Below are positions 1 through 12,239 of a stretch of 28,003 nucleotides of DNA, piece by piece; position 1 is the stretch's first letter, and the number at the start of each line of letters is the position of its first letter. Below the pieces are notes generated by a model. It did not search any database. It was given only the letters and a program-made list of their open reading frames with translations, and was not told where the DNA came from. Location: contig JAAOMT010000755.1 in assembly GCA_016748015.1 (NCBI GenBank), positions 57,654-85,656 of the forward strand, in the 5' to 3' direction. Made by a program: the position numbers and the translations under genes. Source of the stretch: Geosiphon pyriformis uo1. Taxonomy: Eukaryota > Fungi > Glomeromycota.

Positions 1-1395
1 TTTTTATTCAAGATAGAATAAAACAGAAAATGTAAAAGGTCTAGCTTATTTTCTTTTTCTAAATAATCTAGATTATATATATAATTAGCAGCATTATTCA
101 TTTATATTTATGAACCGAAAAAATTGAACCTAATTTTCAAAGGTGATTATCAATTAGTGCTCGCAGAGCATGGGGTTCTTAGTGTCAATTTAAATTGATG
201 ATAATGGAAAACATGATTAACCTTTTTAGGCCATGAAAATCACTTATTTATTTATTTTTTAGGGCCAAAGTCGTGATCTCCCAATCTACTGTGCCAAAAT
301 TAATACGCAGTACTAATTACTCAGTTCAATAGATTGAAAATTATTCCCTTTGAATTTAGTTTGAAAGAGCATTCATTCTTATTCTTGATTTAAAAATCGT
401 TAGATCCATTTTATTTTGCTTTGGTTTCTCATTAGAACATTATTTTTTCATTAGCAAAACCATTTTTAAATAAATAAATAAAAAAGGTTTTTTGAATAAT
501 TTTTTTCTTTTAGCCATGATTATATATTTATTTTACAGGATAGAAAAAAAAAATTATTTTAATTATATTTCAAAAAGTAAAGACATGAAATTTATTGCTT
601 AAAATAATTTTAGAATAGGCAATTAAAAAATTATTCAACAACGTCAACGAGAATTCATCCGGGCGAAGTTTATTCAAGTGGTGTTTTAAGTTTGCAAATA
701 GGTAATTTTTTTGAAGGTTAGTTGATTTAATTTAATAGTTTTAATATTGATTAATTTGTCACTTTAATAATTTTTTATATTAAAAATCTTTGTTTGAACT
801 TACTTTTTAAAAGAATTGGTCTATTTGCCTAAAAGTAAAAGTTGAATATAGATTATAATTTTGACTATCTATTATATACTGTATTAGAGATTAATTTTAT
901 TACTTGCTTGATCTTTTCATAAGAGATATATTTTAAATTATTTTAATTAAAATGTTTATTACCCTTCGTTTCAATAAATTAATCTTAACAGTTAAATAAT
1001 TTTTTATTTATAATGCTTTGATTTGAAAGTTTTAAAATCTTTTTTTTTTATAAAGACAAGAGCTCACAGAAGAAGAAATGGCGGGAATTTAAATATTATG
1101 CATAATATTGTGATATTCTTAAGTGAGAATGAAGGTTATAAATTTTTGTACCAAAACCTGTTCTCAAATTTTATCCATATTCTAGAACTTTTTAAGGTAA
1201 AAAAATTTATTTATTTATTTATTTAATTATTTAATTATTTAATTATTTTAATAAAGTAATACCGAATATATCAAGCCTATATATCAATATATTGATTGGT
1301 AAATAGCATTTCTAAATGAGATGTTCAATCAAAACTGGTTTTATCACTTTTTGTAGTCATTTGATCTCTATCCCGTTTAAGTGATGTAAATTAGA

Positions 1396-1494
1396 GAATG
1401 ACGTAAGTGTCTATTTTCAAAACTTTTTCCTAGCGTTTCAGGATTTCTTCAAGGCCTAACCTTTTCGGGAATGTGGTGTTAGGTTGAAATCCTT
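1396..1494 (+). promoter_or_regulatory. Upstream non-coding block conserved between the two Sel1 paralogues
   Basis: gaatgacgtaagtgtctattttcaaaact...cctaaccttttcgggaatgtg...ttgaaat aligns with 12080-12173 (gaatgaagtaagcatctattttcagaact...cctagccttttcgggaatgtg...ttgaaat). The homology is visible; a regulatory function is only inferred. Confidence 0.5.
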
Positions 1495-1535
1495 ATTAAA
1501 ACTTTGATAATATATATTTGTGTTGCTTGAAAATC

Positions 1536-2450
1536 ATGTCTTCAACTTCCACAATTCAAAAGAAAGCAGCACCTCTCGAATGGCTCGAAGGTGCATCGAT
1601 TGTCATTAAAGAAAGTTTAGCCATTTTTTCAGCTCGTGAATATTCAAAAGTTGTTGATTTGGTGGAAAAATATCTTGTACGAAATCAGAAAACACCTAAA
1701 GACTTTTTCAATTGTTTGAAAAATAAAAGTTTAAAACGTTCGATAAACTATATTTTGCTCGGCTTTTGTTTAGAACATGGGATTGGAACTATTCCTAAAT
1801 TAAGAAAAGCATTTTTAAAATATCAGAAAGCAGCCAAGACAAAAGATTCTTTGGGACAATTCTTCTTAGGATATTGTTATGATAATGGAATTGGTACTTC
1901 ACAAGATCAAGGGAAAGCATTTGAACTCTATTCAAAAGCGGCGGAGGCTGGAGATACGAACGCACAAATATATCTTGGCAATTGTAATCGAAATGGATGG
2001 GGAACAAGGAAAAATGAGGAAAAAGCATTTAAACTCTATTTTAAAGTAGCAGAGGCAGGACATCCAAGTGCACAATACAGTCTTGGACTTTGTTATCGAT
2101 ATGGATGGGGAACGACGAAAAATGACGAAAAAGCATTGAAACTACATTTAAAAGCAGCAGAGGCGGGACATTTTAGTGCACGATACAATCTTACACTTTG
2201 TTATCAGAATGGATGGGGAACGAAGAAAAACCTGGTAAAAGCATTTAAACTCTATTTAAAAGCAACCGAGGCAGGATATCAATATGCACAATTAGGTCTT
2301 GGACTTTGTTATCAGAATGGATGGGGAACAACAAAAAATTTAGCAAAAGCATTGAAACTCTATTTAAAAGCAGCAAAGGCAGGAAATATAACTGCACGAT
2401 ACAATCTTGGACTTTGTTTTCAAAGTGCATCGGGAACAAGGAGAATTTGA
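1536..2450 (+). CDS. Sel1-like repeat (SLR/TPR-like) protein, ~304 aa
   Basis: The first ATG of the ORF is at 1536. There are six full 36-aa repeats plus a partial seventh, e.g. AQYSLGLCYRYGWGTTKNDEKALKLHLKAAEAG, matching the Sel1 consensus A(Q)xxLGxxYxxGxGxxxDxxKAxxxYxKAAxxG. Degenerate repeat remnants continue past the stop to about 2630. Confidence 0.9.
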   Translation: MSSTSTIQKKAAPLEWLEGASIVIKESLAIFSAREYSKVVDLVEKYLVRNQKTPKDFFNCLKNKSLKRSINYILLGFCLEHGIGTIPKLRKAFLKYQKAAKTKDSLGQFFLGYCYDNGIGTSQDQGKAFELYSKAAEAGDTNAQIYLGNCNRNGWGTRKNEEKAFKLYFKVAEAGHPSAQYSLGLCYRYGWGTTKNDEKALKLHLKAAEAGHFSARYNLTLCYQNGWGTKKNLVKAFKLYLKATEAGYQYAQLGLGLCYQNGWGTTKNLAKALKLYLKAAKAGNITARYNLGLCFQSASGTRRI

Positions 2451-3799
2451 GAAATCTGAGTCCACTAAATGAACTTGGAACGTGTAATCGAAACGAATGG
2501 GGAAATAAGACTTTATTCAAGAACTTGAAAATACAAGTGCACAATACAACTTTACTTGGTGCTATAAAAATGGATGGAAACAACAAAAAATTTAAAAATG
2601 TATTTTGAACTCTACTTAAAAGCATAGGCAAATAAATTAACTTTTTTGAAATGATTTCAATTTATATGTGAACGTTGACGATTAAGATTTAACAATAAAA
2701 ACATATATATTCTTGATTAGTTACTAAATTAAGGAAAATTGTAATTTCTTTAGAGAATAGAAGTTTAATCGTTTAAATAACATTAACATAACTCTCTCAC
2801 ACTAGGAAGAATAAAAAATAATCATTTTTTAAATCATCTCAACTTAAGAATTATTACAAAGAACCAATTCTTTACTCGAATTCATGATCTGTTTCAAATC
2901 ATTTTATAGTTCAATATCAATAAAACAAATCTAAAGTGCAATGCACCAGATTTGAGTCATGTAGTGTAAGTGTGGTTAAATATAACCTTGCACTCTTTTT
3001 TTAACATTTTTTTGATGTTTATTTTCATAATATTTTGAAATTTATTTTCATCATTATTTATAGCCTCTAATTCCAAAATTTCTTTAAATTTTTTTTATTT
3101 CTTTCTAGTCACATTATCATTTTAATTAAATAATTTTTATCAATAAATTATATTTTTCATTTAATTATTCATTCGATTAAATTATTATTATTTTATTTAA
3201 TTGTTGATATTTTATTAAAAATTGTAATATTTTTTACTATTAAATTTATAATATATTATAAATTTTTTTATTTCATCTCTAATTTTATTTATATATTTTT
3301 AATTCTGTTTTATTAATTTATTTAATTGAAACTTTCAAAAATTATATATATTTTAAATGTACTTTGTAATGTGATTTTAAAACCAATTTTAAAATAAATC
3401 ATATATTTTTTTAGGTGTAAAAGAATACTTGATATAATAAATTAATGAAGATATTTATTTTATCATATTGAAATAAATTTAATGAAATTTATATTATAAT
3501 ATATATAATAAACAATATGAAAGAATCAACAATTAATTTCATTAGACTTTAAAATAATTATTATTTATCAATGAAAAATGAAAATAACTGATTTATTAAA
3601 TATATAATAAATATAAATAATTTTAATTATATTGCATATAATTATACTTTTAATTTTTTTTACTTTTAAGTAAATAAACTAATTCTTTTAAAAAAGTAAA
3701 ATAAATTTTGTATAATAATTAAATCAATCAATTAATCAATTAATGAATTAATTAATGTAAAGATAAATAAACTAACTTTTTGTTTTGTTTTTTTTCAAT

Positions 3800-4924
3800 T
3801 ATTTCAAATTTTAAAAGACAACTTGTATAAACTGCTTCTGCATGAATGCTCTTTATTGTTATCATTGTTGTTGTAATTGAATGATTTGTTATCACTTCAT
3901 TTTTTACTATTTCTTTTACCTATTTCTCTGATTCTTTAAACTGTTCTATTTCAGTACTCTTAGTTTTAGATTTTTTTTCTTATAGACTTTTTTATCATTA
4001 AAACTTCATTTTGTAGACTCCTCATCTGTAAACTCTTCAACTTCTTCATAATTTCTTCAACAGTAGGACGATTTTTAGGATTAGTATCCCAACACTTTAC
4101 CAATTATTTCGGCAATACAAGGTGAAATAAGGGGGGAGATAATTCAGGTCTATAATTCTTAAAGACAATATTAAATATGAGAGTATTATAATGAGAACGA
4201 TCATGAAAAGGAAGCTTTCCCGTTGCTAATTCCTATAATAACTACATTTTTATAATATGTTGCAGATCACACCAGAGGAATGAATTGAATGAAGTCTGAG
4301 CGATCCATAATTTATCTTCCCAACTCGTGGAATGAAAATTTGTCGATAGATATTTTCAAATGTCTCCTTCTGGAGCAAACTTCATAACAATTCCGTATTC
4401 GAGTATTTCAGTGTTTTGTGTAATTCCTTATATTGGTATTATACAAATTATGTATTTATAATATTTGACTATTAAAAGTGAAAGAATAATAAATGCTTAA
4501 TTAAATTAATTAAAATAATTTAGGCAAATATATATTATAATAAATTAATTAACTGTTTAAAGATTTCTTCAGTTTTTTTTAAAGATGTCTTTATAAATTT
4601 TATTGCTACTTCCTCTTTTCCTTTTCTTTTGTATTTCATTTTACCATGATGCTTTATAGTATATTTATAAATTATCCCATGGAATCCATTCATAATAATT
4701 CAATTTACCATTGTCATCTTCATTATATAGATTGGGATTCTTAATCATATCATCAACTACTTGATTGCCGCTTGAAAAGTCGTGGTAAATTTTTTCAAAA
4801 AATATGAAGTGCCTCCTGCTGCACACTCATTCTAATTATTGCTCAGAAAGCTCTTTTTACACCATTTACATTCGTTGCAATCATAAGCATATGGACTGAT
4901 TTTTTTAATTTCTTTTTTTTCCAT
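3800..4924 (-). pseudogene. Glomeromycota-type (TKL-like) protein kinase pseudogene
   Basis: Minus-strand fragments read MEKKEIKK..DCNECKWC, FSSGNQVVDDMIKNP, YEWIPW, EVAIKFIK, an intron at ~4470-4550, I*GITQNTEILEYGIVMKFAPEGD, LHSIHSSGV, ELATGKLPFHDRSH, RPEL, CWDTNPKNRPTVEEI and the C-terminal HAEAVYTSCLL (cf. HPQAIYTSRLL). It has stops and frameshifts, and the Gly-loop and catalytic-loop-to-DFG segment are missing. Confidence 0.85.
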
Positions 4925-6709
4925 AATCTAAATAAGCATGAATAAAGGACAAAGTATGTAATATAATTTGTAGCGAATAACAGTTTGATGAATAATAAGA
5001 ATTCTTAAATTATATAAACATAGAGAAATAATATAAATACAAACTTCCCTTTTAAAATTTCCTTTGTAAACTTAATATCATAAAAAGTTATTAAATAAAG
5101 CATTTTTTTATAATAATCTATTAAAATTTATCTATTTAATAGCGATTGTACCCGTTGAAAGATGCCAACCAAATTTTTCATTGTCTCATTATATTGTTGA
5201 CTAAATAAGTATTTAATATCTTCATAGAATAATAATAATAAAAACGGTTTATGCCTCATGTAAATCATGAAAAATATTGTATTGCTTATACAAACATTTA
5301 CAACTAATTAACATTTTATTATTAAATAAGCTATTACTTAGATATTAATACTTAAAATAAAAATAATTATTTTTTCATTATTTTAGTTTGTCTAATACTA
5401 AAACAGAAAATTTTATCAATCACCACTTTTATATTTCTTTAAACTAATCTCAAATGTTTTATTCAAAAATTTTTATATTATTAATGATTTAATTATTGTG
5501 TATTTATAAACCAATTAATTTTTAATTTACCAATTTTTTAATAACTTTTAATGTTTTATGGAAACAAGTCTGTGTAAATGTCAAGAAAATAAAATTTAAA
5601 TTTTGAAAATTGTGAAAAATGCAGTAATGAGAAATATAACCAAACACTCTGAAAATATTGAAAGATCTGTAATTATTATTATTATTATTATTATTTATTT
5701 TATATGATAAAGCTTATAAATTTGGTTATTCAATTATTTTCAGTGATCAAAATATTTTTTTAGCAGCAAAAACACTATTTGCAACAGAAAATACCTTAAG
5801 TTTTGGAATTATAGTATTATTTGTTGTGTTCATTGCTAATTTTGTAAATTTCAATAATTAATTTCATTTACTTCACAGCATAATACAACAATTTATACAA
5901 TGCATCACATTAAAGGAAGATTACATGATGTTGACAAGCTTTACAATTTTCAATATGACAACCAAATATATGTGTTTAACAGAAATTGTGATATATTTAT
6001 TTGAGTCGTTTTTCATGTTTTGAATCTAGGTTTATTTCGGTATTAGAGTAATATTGAAAAAAATAAAAAAAATATTCCTTGGGATTAATTTTTACTAAAA
6101 GTTTCATCATCCAAAAAGGCTCTAGAAAAAAAGTTTAAGCTAATTTGTTTTTTTTTATAATAAAAGCTTTTGCCCACATTTGCCTTTATGATCACAATGT
6201 CTATTTATTTTTTTACCATAATTTAAAGCTTTACTTCATTAGGTGAAGCTATTATTTGTTGATTATCAGTCTATTACACTTGGGTAGTTCAATTTCGGAA
6301 ACTATCAAAATCAGTTTCTTTACAGATCACAAACCCAATATTTAATTAAGAGCAGCCGATTGACAATGCTTACGATGCACGAGAACATAAACTTGTTAGG
6401 CATGATGATTTGCATTGATTATCAGTCGTGGGCAGATGGTATTTGATAACCTAAACAAATACATGTATTATCATTGATGAAGTTAGAAATATAAGATACG
6501 AGTACATATTTTAATTTTAGTGGTATAGGAATTACAGGATGAAATCGATAAGTAATACATAATTTAAGGCAAAAAAGGAAATAGTTATTAACGGACTTGT
6601 TTATAAAAAGATAAAGGAAAATATTTTGATAAATAAATCAAGAAATCACAGATGATGCGCATATTTAGATGGTTTAGATAGAAGAATTACTAATATTCAT
6701 CAATTTTCA

Positions 6710-6717
6710 TATAAATA
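6710..6717 (+). promoter_or_regulatory. Candidate TATA box of the P450 gene
   Basis: TATAAATA lies about 60 bp upstream of the ATG at 6776. The AT-rich background makes this weak. Confidence 0.3.
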
Positions 6718-6775
6718 CTCCTAAATGGCATAATTAATTTAAAATCCACGAGAGATTCTGAATATTAGAGTTATC

Positions 6776-8916
6776 ATGGTTTTCTTATACATAATTGCTT
6801 TAATTGCCGCATTTTACTTTTATAAAATCGTATTTTCGAAATCAAAAATTTATAATGGAAACCAATTGCCTATACCACCAGGCGGTATTCCGATTTTTGG
6901 TAAGATTTTTGATTTTTTTCTTTACAGAAAACTCCAAATTTTTAACTTTATTGAAAATTTATTAGGACATATTTTTTTGCTAAGCAGAAATATTCATAAA
7001 AAGTTTGCATCATTTCTTTAATTACATTTTTTATTAGAATCACTGTACATGTTGAAATCACCCATTTTATTAATACATATAATTTTTTGTTAACAGGTTT
7101 GCTGAATGGGGTGAAACGTGTGGTGAAATTTTCATGATTTATTTTGGTTCTACTCGCTGGATTATCCTCAACAATCCTAAAGTTGTTGACGAACTTCTTC
7201 AAAAACGTGACTCTTCTTTTTTTATTTATTCAAGAGTTTACAATTATTTCCGAATTAATCATTTTATCATTTTATCAATGAATAGGAAGTGCGATTTATT
7301 CTTCCCGTCCATATAGTTATCTATTTAACCTTTCGGGACGCGACAGGAGTTTTATTATTTCACCTTATAATGAATGGTATAAAAAAATGACGCCAGTAGG
7401 TTAGGAAACGAATCTTTGCTTTGATTTTTTTTTTCAATAATATTTTTCTGAGGTACAATTTAATTTTTGCCTTCAAAGCATACAGTTTTTTAACTCAACG
7501 AAAAGTCGAATCTTACTCCAGCAATATAGCAGAATGCACCCATGACCTAGTTTCTAAGATTTTAAAGGATGCTAATAAACCGGAAGGAATTGATCCTTAT
7601 AATTACCTTCGTTTCACATCATTTAATATTATTATAAATCTTCTTTTTGCGATTAAATTAGAAAATTTTGAAGATCCCCTTTATATAAAGTTAGATGGAT
7701 TCTTTAGAGCATACATTGAAAGGATTAATATTAAAAATATGATTGCAAGTCAATACCCAATTTTATTTTGGCTTCCTCCTTTCCGAAACGAGCTTGCAAA
7801 AACTCTTCGATTACGTGATGAGTGGGAAGCAGTAACGAGAAGTTTGTTGAAAAGGGTGAAAAATGATCCAGAAAAGAAACCATCTGTTGCTCAAGAATTT
7901 TTGAAGAAGCAGGATGAAGGGTTAATTGATGAATTGGATGTGGTTAAACTGTGTGAAGATTTTTTATTGGCAGGAACAGTACGTTATAAATTACATTTAT
8001 ATATTCTACTAATTGCTTTTGTAAAAAAAATATTAACCTTTTTAAAATTATTTTTATACATAAAATAGGAAACCGTGGCAACTACCATATATTGGCTGAT
8101 TCCAAATCTGGTCAATCATCCAGAATTTCAGCAAAAAGCTCATGAAGAATTAGATAGAGTAGTTGGGTTTGAACGTTTGCCAACTACTTCCGACTTTAGT
8201 TCCCTTCTCTATATCCAATCCGTCATTAAAGAAAATCTTCGTTGGGCTCCTCCGGTTTATATTTTCTTTTGATATTAATAAATTTCTCGCTTTCTCAAAA
8301 AAAAATATATACCTTAAAATGAAAGATTTTCCTGTTTTTTCTAGGCTCCAATAACCTTCAGATATCTTGAACAAGATGACACATATATGGGTTATCAAAT
8401 TCCAAAAAATTCAATAATTGTTTCGAATATTTATGCCTTCAACCATGACAAGAATTGGTACGAAAACCCCGATATTTTCAATCCAGATCGATTTATGAAT
8501 TCAAAAGAAGGTTTCGCTATTTCAGCAAAAGGTTCTTATCAAAATCGAGATCATTATACATTTTCGGTTGGAAGACGAATATGTACCGGAATTTATTTAG
8601 TAAGTTTGAATATATATTATGGAGCATAAAGTACAGTATCTTTGAAACGGAATAAATAAAGATCTAATTTTTCTTTTTTAACAAAAATCTTGGATAGGCT
8701 GAGGTCGAACTACTTTATCTCACAAGTACGCTACTTTGGGCTTTCAAAATCGAAAATGTAAATCAAGATGCAATGGGAAAATTTATTCCTATTGATTTAA
8801 GCAATTCTGTTACGACTACCCTTCAAAATCCTAAACCTTACAAAGTTCGATTCATTCCGAGGCATTCGGAAACCGAGGCTATGTTGCTAATGAAAATTGT
8901 CCAAGGTCAAACTTAA
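6776..8916 (+). CDS. Cytochrome P450 monooxygenase, 8 exons, 514 aa
   Basis: GT-AG exons 6776-6899, 6966-7002, 7097-7206, 7286-7399, 7479-7978, 8069-8254, 8345-8599 and 8698-8916 sum to 1545 nt and splice in frame. Motifs present are an N-terminal TM anchor, the PIPPGGIPIFG hinge, I-helix AGTETVA, K-helix ENLR, PDRF and the heme motif FSVGRRICTG. Confidence 0.93.
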
Positions 8917-10203
8917 AAGCGATTTTTCTCCACAAGACCTTTATTATCATTTCTAAATTTTCCAGAGAATAAAGTTTTCCAAATAAATACAACCTTAGCA
9001 CAGCCAGCAACTAGTGCTTTATAAAGAAAAGTGCTCAGAGTGATACCTTTAAGAATTCCAGTTTATGATAACTTTAGTAATTTATAATCTAACCCCTTTT
9101 AATATTTTATCTATAATAATCTGATACTTTAAACTTTTTCAAGTTCACAAAATTGAATGGTTTGATGATTATAATAACAACCCATATAAAAAAGCTTTTT
9201 GAAATGGTGTGTCAAAAGTAAAAAAATTCGCAGAGCTTAATCATAGTACTATAGGGATAATTTAGTGACTTTAAATCTGAGTTTTCGATTAACAAAGAAA
9301 ATTGTGATTGCTTAAGCAAATTTGTTATTTAATTCAGAAATTGAGTTACTGGCTGGTACAGGCAAATTTTTCAATCAAAGAAGATTTAAAAATTGTTGTT
9401 ACGATAAATGATTGTTTAAACTAAATTGATATATTTTCAGTAATTGCTTACTTATCTTTTTTAAAAATTTATTTACTTTATAATTATTTAAAATTTTTAT
9501 TCAAGCTTTAAAAAAATAATGACATCAAAAAATTTTGATATTAAAATTAGAAAATGTATAAAGTTAAAATAAAATGATATAAAGGAAAATTCTCTACATT
9601 AAATTAAAATTTTAATATATAAAAATTACCATTATTTTGCCTAAAAAAAAATCCTCTTCTAAATAAATATGTTTAAATTTATTCAAAAATAATTTAAAAG
9701 AAAATCAGATAATCAGATTTATTTAACTATAAATAAAAAAAGTTGTTTTAAATCTTTATTACCACATGTTTTAAAAATAACAGGCTCTAAAAAATCTTTA
9801 ATGAGTCTAAATTTTTTTTAATCATGATATTTATAAAATTATTTATGAACAAAATTTAGACTAAGCTAACCTTTTCAAAAATTAAAACATAAAAAAATCT
9901 TTCATACCCAAACAAAACAACGTCATAGTAGTATGCTATGTGATACTCCACAATGCCGACACTAAAAAAGGGATTGTCTTTAGATCTTCCATTATGGGTT
10001 AGCGTCATTTAGCCTCCAATATAATATCCTTGGAGACGCCAGGTGTCATAGATAGACTAGGAAAAACAAAAAGATGAAATATATTTGCACATAATAACTC
10101 AATCATGAAGCATTTTCATCATAATAGCAAAGCCATATAAATTAAAATCTTTTATTTTTCTTGTGTTTATTTCCTGTCTGTGCTAGATATTTTACAAAAA
10201 TCC

Positions 10204-11677
10204 GCCTTCATCACATCACAACTCGGTAAAGACTTTTTTCGAGTGCTAGATTTTTATTGCTAATTCAAGTACTCCTATGATGCCCGTGCTGCTGCCGAGA
10301 AGGATGACTTGGAAGCGCTCGATATTATAATCAAGCATAGTACAGCAAAAAGTGTGAAAAAAGTGAAGAATTTATGTGCAAGAACAAAATATGACATTTC
10401 ACAGTTTTGGTATACTTCTTACTGGGAGGATTTGGAGATGGAATACTGACGCACACAGATAAAATTCTCAAAGGTATAAAACTGTTCTTGCGATAAATTT
10501 TGATAAAATCTAACATATTTCAGCAACTGTCATTGTGTAGGAGAAACTTGATACTGTGATAAGACTTGATACCATGGTAAGATTTCATACTATAGAGAAG
10601 CACCTATCAATGAATGTCAAGAATGCGTTCCTACAAAGAAGTGAAAGTTGTGCAGAGAATCAAGTGACAAAGCTGGATAAATAGGCAAAAAAGGATGCAG
10701 AAAGAAGGGGAAGGAGCCTAAAATTATTGAGTCAGCTAGATCAAACTTATCAATTCCAACCGTCCTACTCCCCAGTGGTGATGAAGAATTTGGGTTGGAG
10801 GATAAAATATTATTCAAACAAAAGTGAGTAAAATATACATCGGCAAAGTCTTCAATGGTGTATAAAATAGGTATCATAGTGTAATGCAACAAGACTTTTA
10901 CTTATGGTATTGGAATATTATTCCCAGCTTAAAGAGCACATCTTTGACAAATCTACCAGACTGAAGCATCCATTTCTTAGAATTCTCCAAGGCCTTGAAT
11001 CTTTGTTTAGATCAACGGTTAGTCAATCATCCCAAAACTAGATATATACAAGAAATAAAGAAAAATTACTTTTGTCTGAATAATATTTTATCCTTCAACC
11101 CAAATTCTTTATCACCACTGAGGAGTAGGATGGTTGGAATTAATAAGTTTGATCTAGCCGGCTCGATAATTTCGGGCTCCTTCCCCTTCTCTCTGCATCC
11201 TTTTTTGCCTATTTTATCCAACTTTGTCACTTGATTCTCTGCACAACTTTCACTTCTTTGTAGGAACGCGTTCTTGACATTCATTGATAGGTGCTTCTCT
11301 GTAGAATGAAATCTTACAATGATATCAAGTCTTATCACAGTATCAAGTTTCTCCTACACAATGACAGTTGCTGAAATATGTTAGATTTTATCAAAATTTA
11401 TCGCAAGAACAGTTTTATACCTTTGAGAATTTTATCTGTGTGCGTCAGTATTTCATCTCCAAATCCTCCCAGAAAGAAGTATACCAAAACTGTGAAATGT
11501 CATATTTTGCTCTTGCACATAAATTCTTCGCTTTTTTCACACTTTTTGCTGTACTATGCTTGATTATAATATCGAGCGCTTCCAAGTAATCCTTCTCGGC
11601 AGCATAGGGGTACCTGAATTCGCATAAAAATCCAGCACTCGAAAAAAGTCTTTACCGAGTTGTGACGTGATGAAGGC
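10204..11677. repeat. Long inverted repeat (foldback): arms 10204-10825 and 11068-11677, spacer ~242 bp
   Basis: The arm starting gccttcatcacatcacaactcggtaaagac is the reverse complement of ...gtctttaccgagttgtgacgtgatgaaggc, and the match runs through the whole arm. Mirror ORFs 10331-10516(-)/11378-11563(+) and 10617-10892(-)/10995-11234(+) confirm it. Differences are mainly transitions plus a ~12-bp and a 1-bp indel. Confidence 0.95.
10860..11620 (-). pseudogene. Decayed fragment of an uncharacterised protein gene forming the right arm and spacer of the foldback
   Basis: The minus strand has coding-like text with stops and intron-like GT..AG pieces. The spacer reads FKALENSKKWMLQSGRFVKDVLFKLG (~10923-11000). 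The left arm reads YDARAAAEKDDLEALDIIIKHSTAKSVKKVKNLC..QFWYTSYWEDLEMEY* on the + strand. Confidence 0.5.
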
Positions 11678-12239
11678 AAAAAGGATAACACGGATGACAA
11701 TTAAAAATATTTAGATTCGTCACAGAAGCTAATTGTTGGAGCTTAAGGAAAACTTAACTAGTGTTATATAAGAAGGTAGATATGAAAGTAGAAGCTTGAA
11801 ATTAATTAATAGCCAGATTTTTTCATGTTAAGTTATTAAAAAGCAGTTTCTAGATAATGCTTTGATTAAGTTGGTTTGATCGACTCAAGCGAGAGCCTTA
11901 ATTACTGTAAAAGTGATACACTTTTTCTTATTCTCATATTGAAAATAATTTTTGGAAACGGCTAGGGGGTTAGAGAAGGTCATCTGCAACTTTAGATTTA
12001 GATTATGCATTTCAAACCACCAATCACCTAAGGTTTTCATTTTTAGACGATCTTTATTTGTTTAAACAATCTAATAAGCGAATGAAGTAAGCATCTATTT
12101 TCAGAACTTTCTAGCATTTCAGATTCTATCAAGACCTAGCCTTTTCGGGAATGTGATTATATATTGAAATTCCTATTTATTAGCAAGACGAACGCTTTCA
12201 AAATCCTTCTTTACACATCCAAAATATTAAAGTTTGATA

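Noticed and set aside
1023-1250. 67-aa ORF and (TTTAATTA)n run
   Set aside because: It has a TTG start and low complexity, with no homology cues.
1850-2450. Regular 108-bp periodicity that might suggest a CRISPR-like array
   Set aside because: The units are in-frame protein repeats with no unique spacers, and the context is eukaryotic.
1795-2631. ORFs 1795-2028(-), 2245-2631(-), 2306-2608(+), and likewise 12945-13220(-)
   Set aside because: These are antisense or alternate-frame shadows of Sel1 repeats.
5540-6000. Coding-like fragment with Cys residues and an intron-like segment
   Set aside because: There is no recognisable motif or sustained frame.
10331-11589. Six short ORFs within the inverted repeat as real genes
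   Set aside because: They have non-ATG or arbitrary starts, occur as mirror pairs from the repeat, and the gene-like frame is full of stops.
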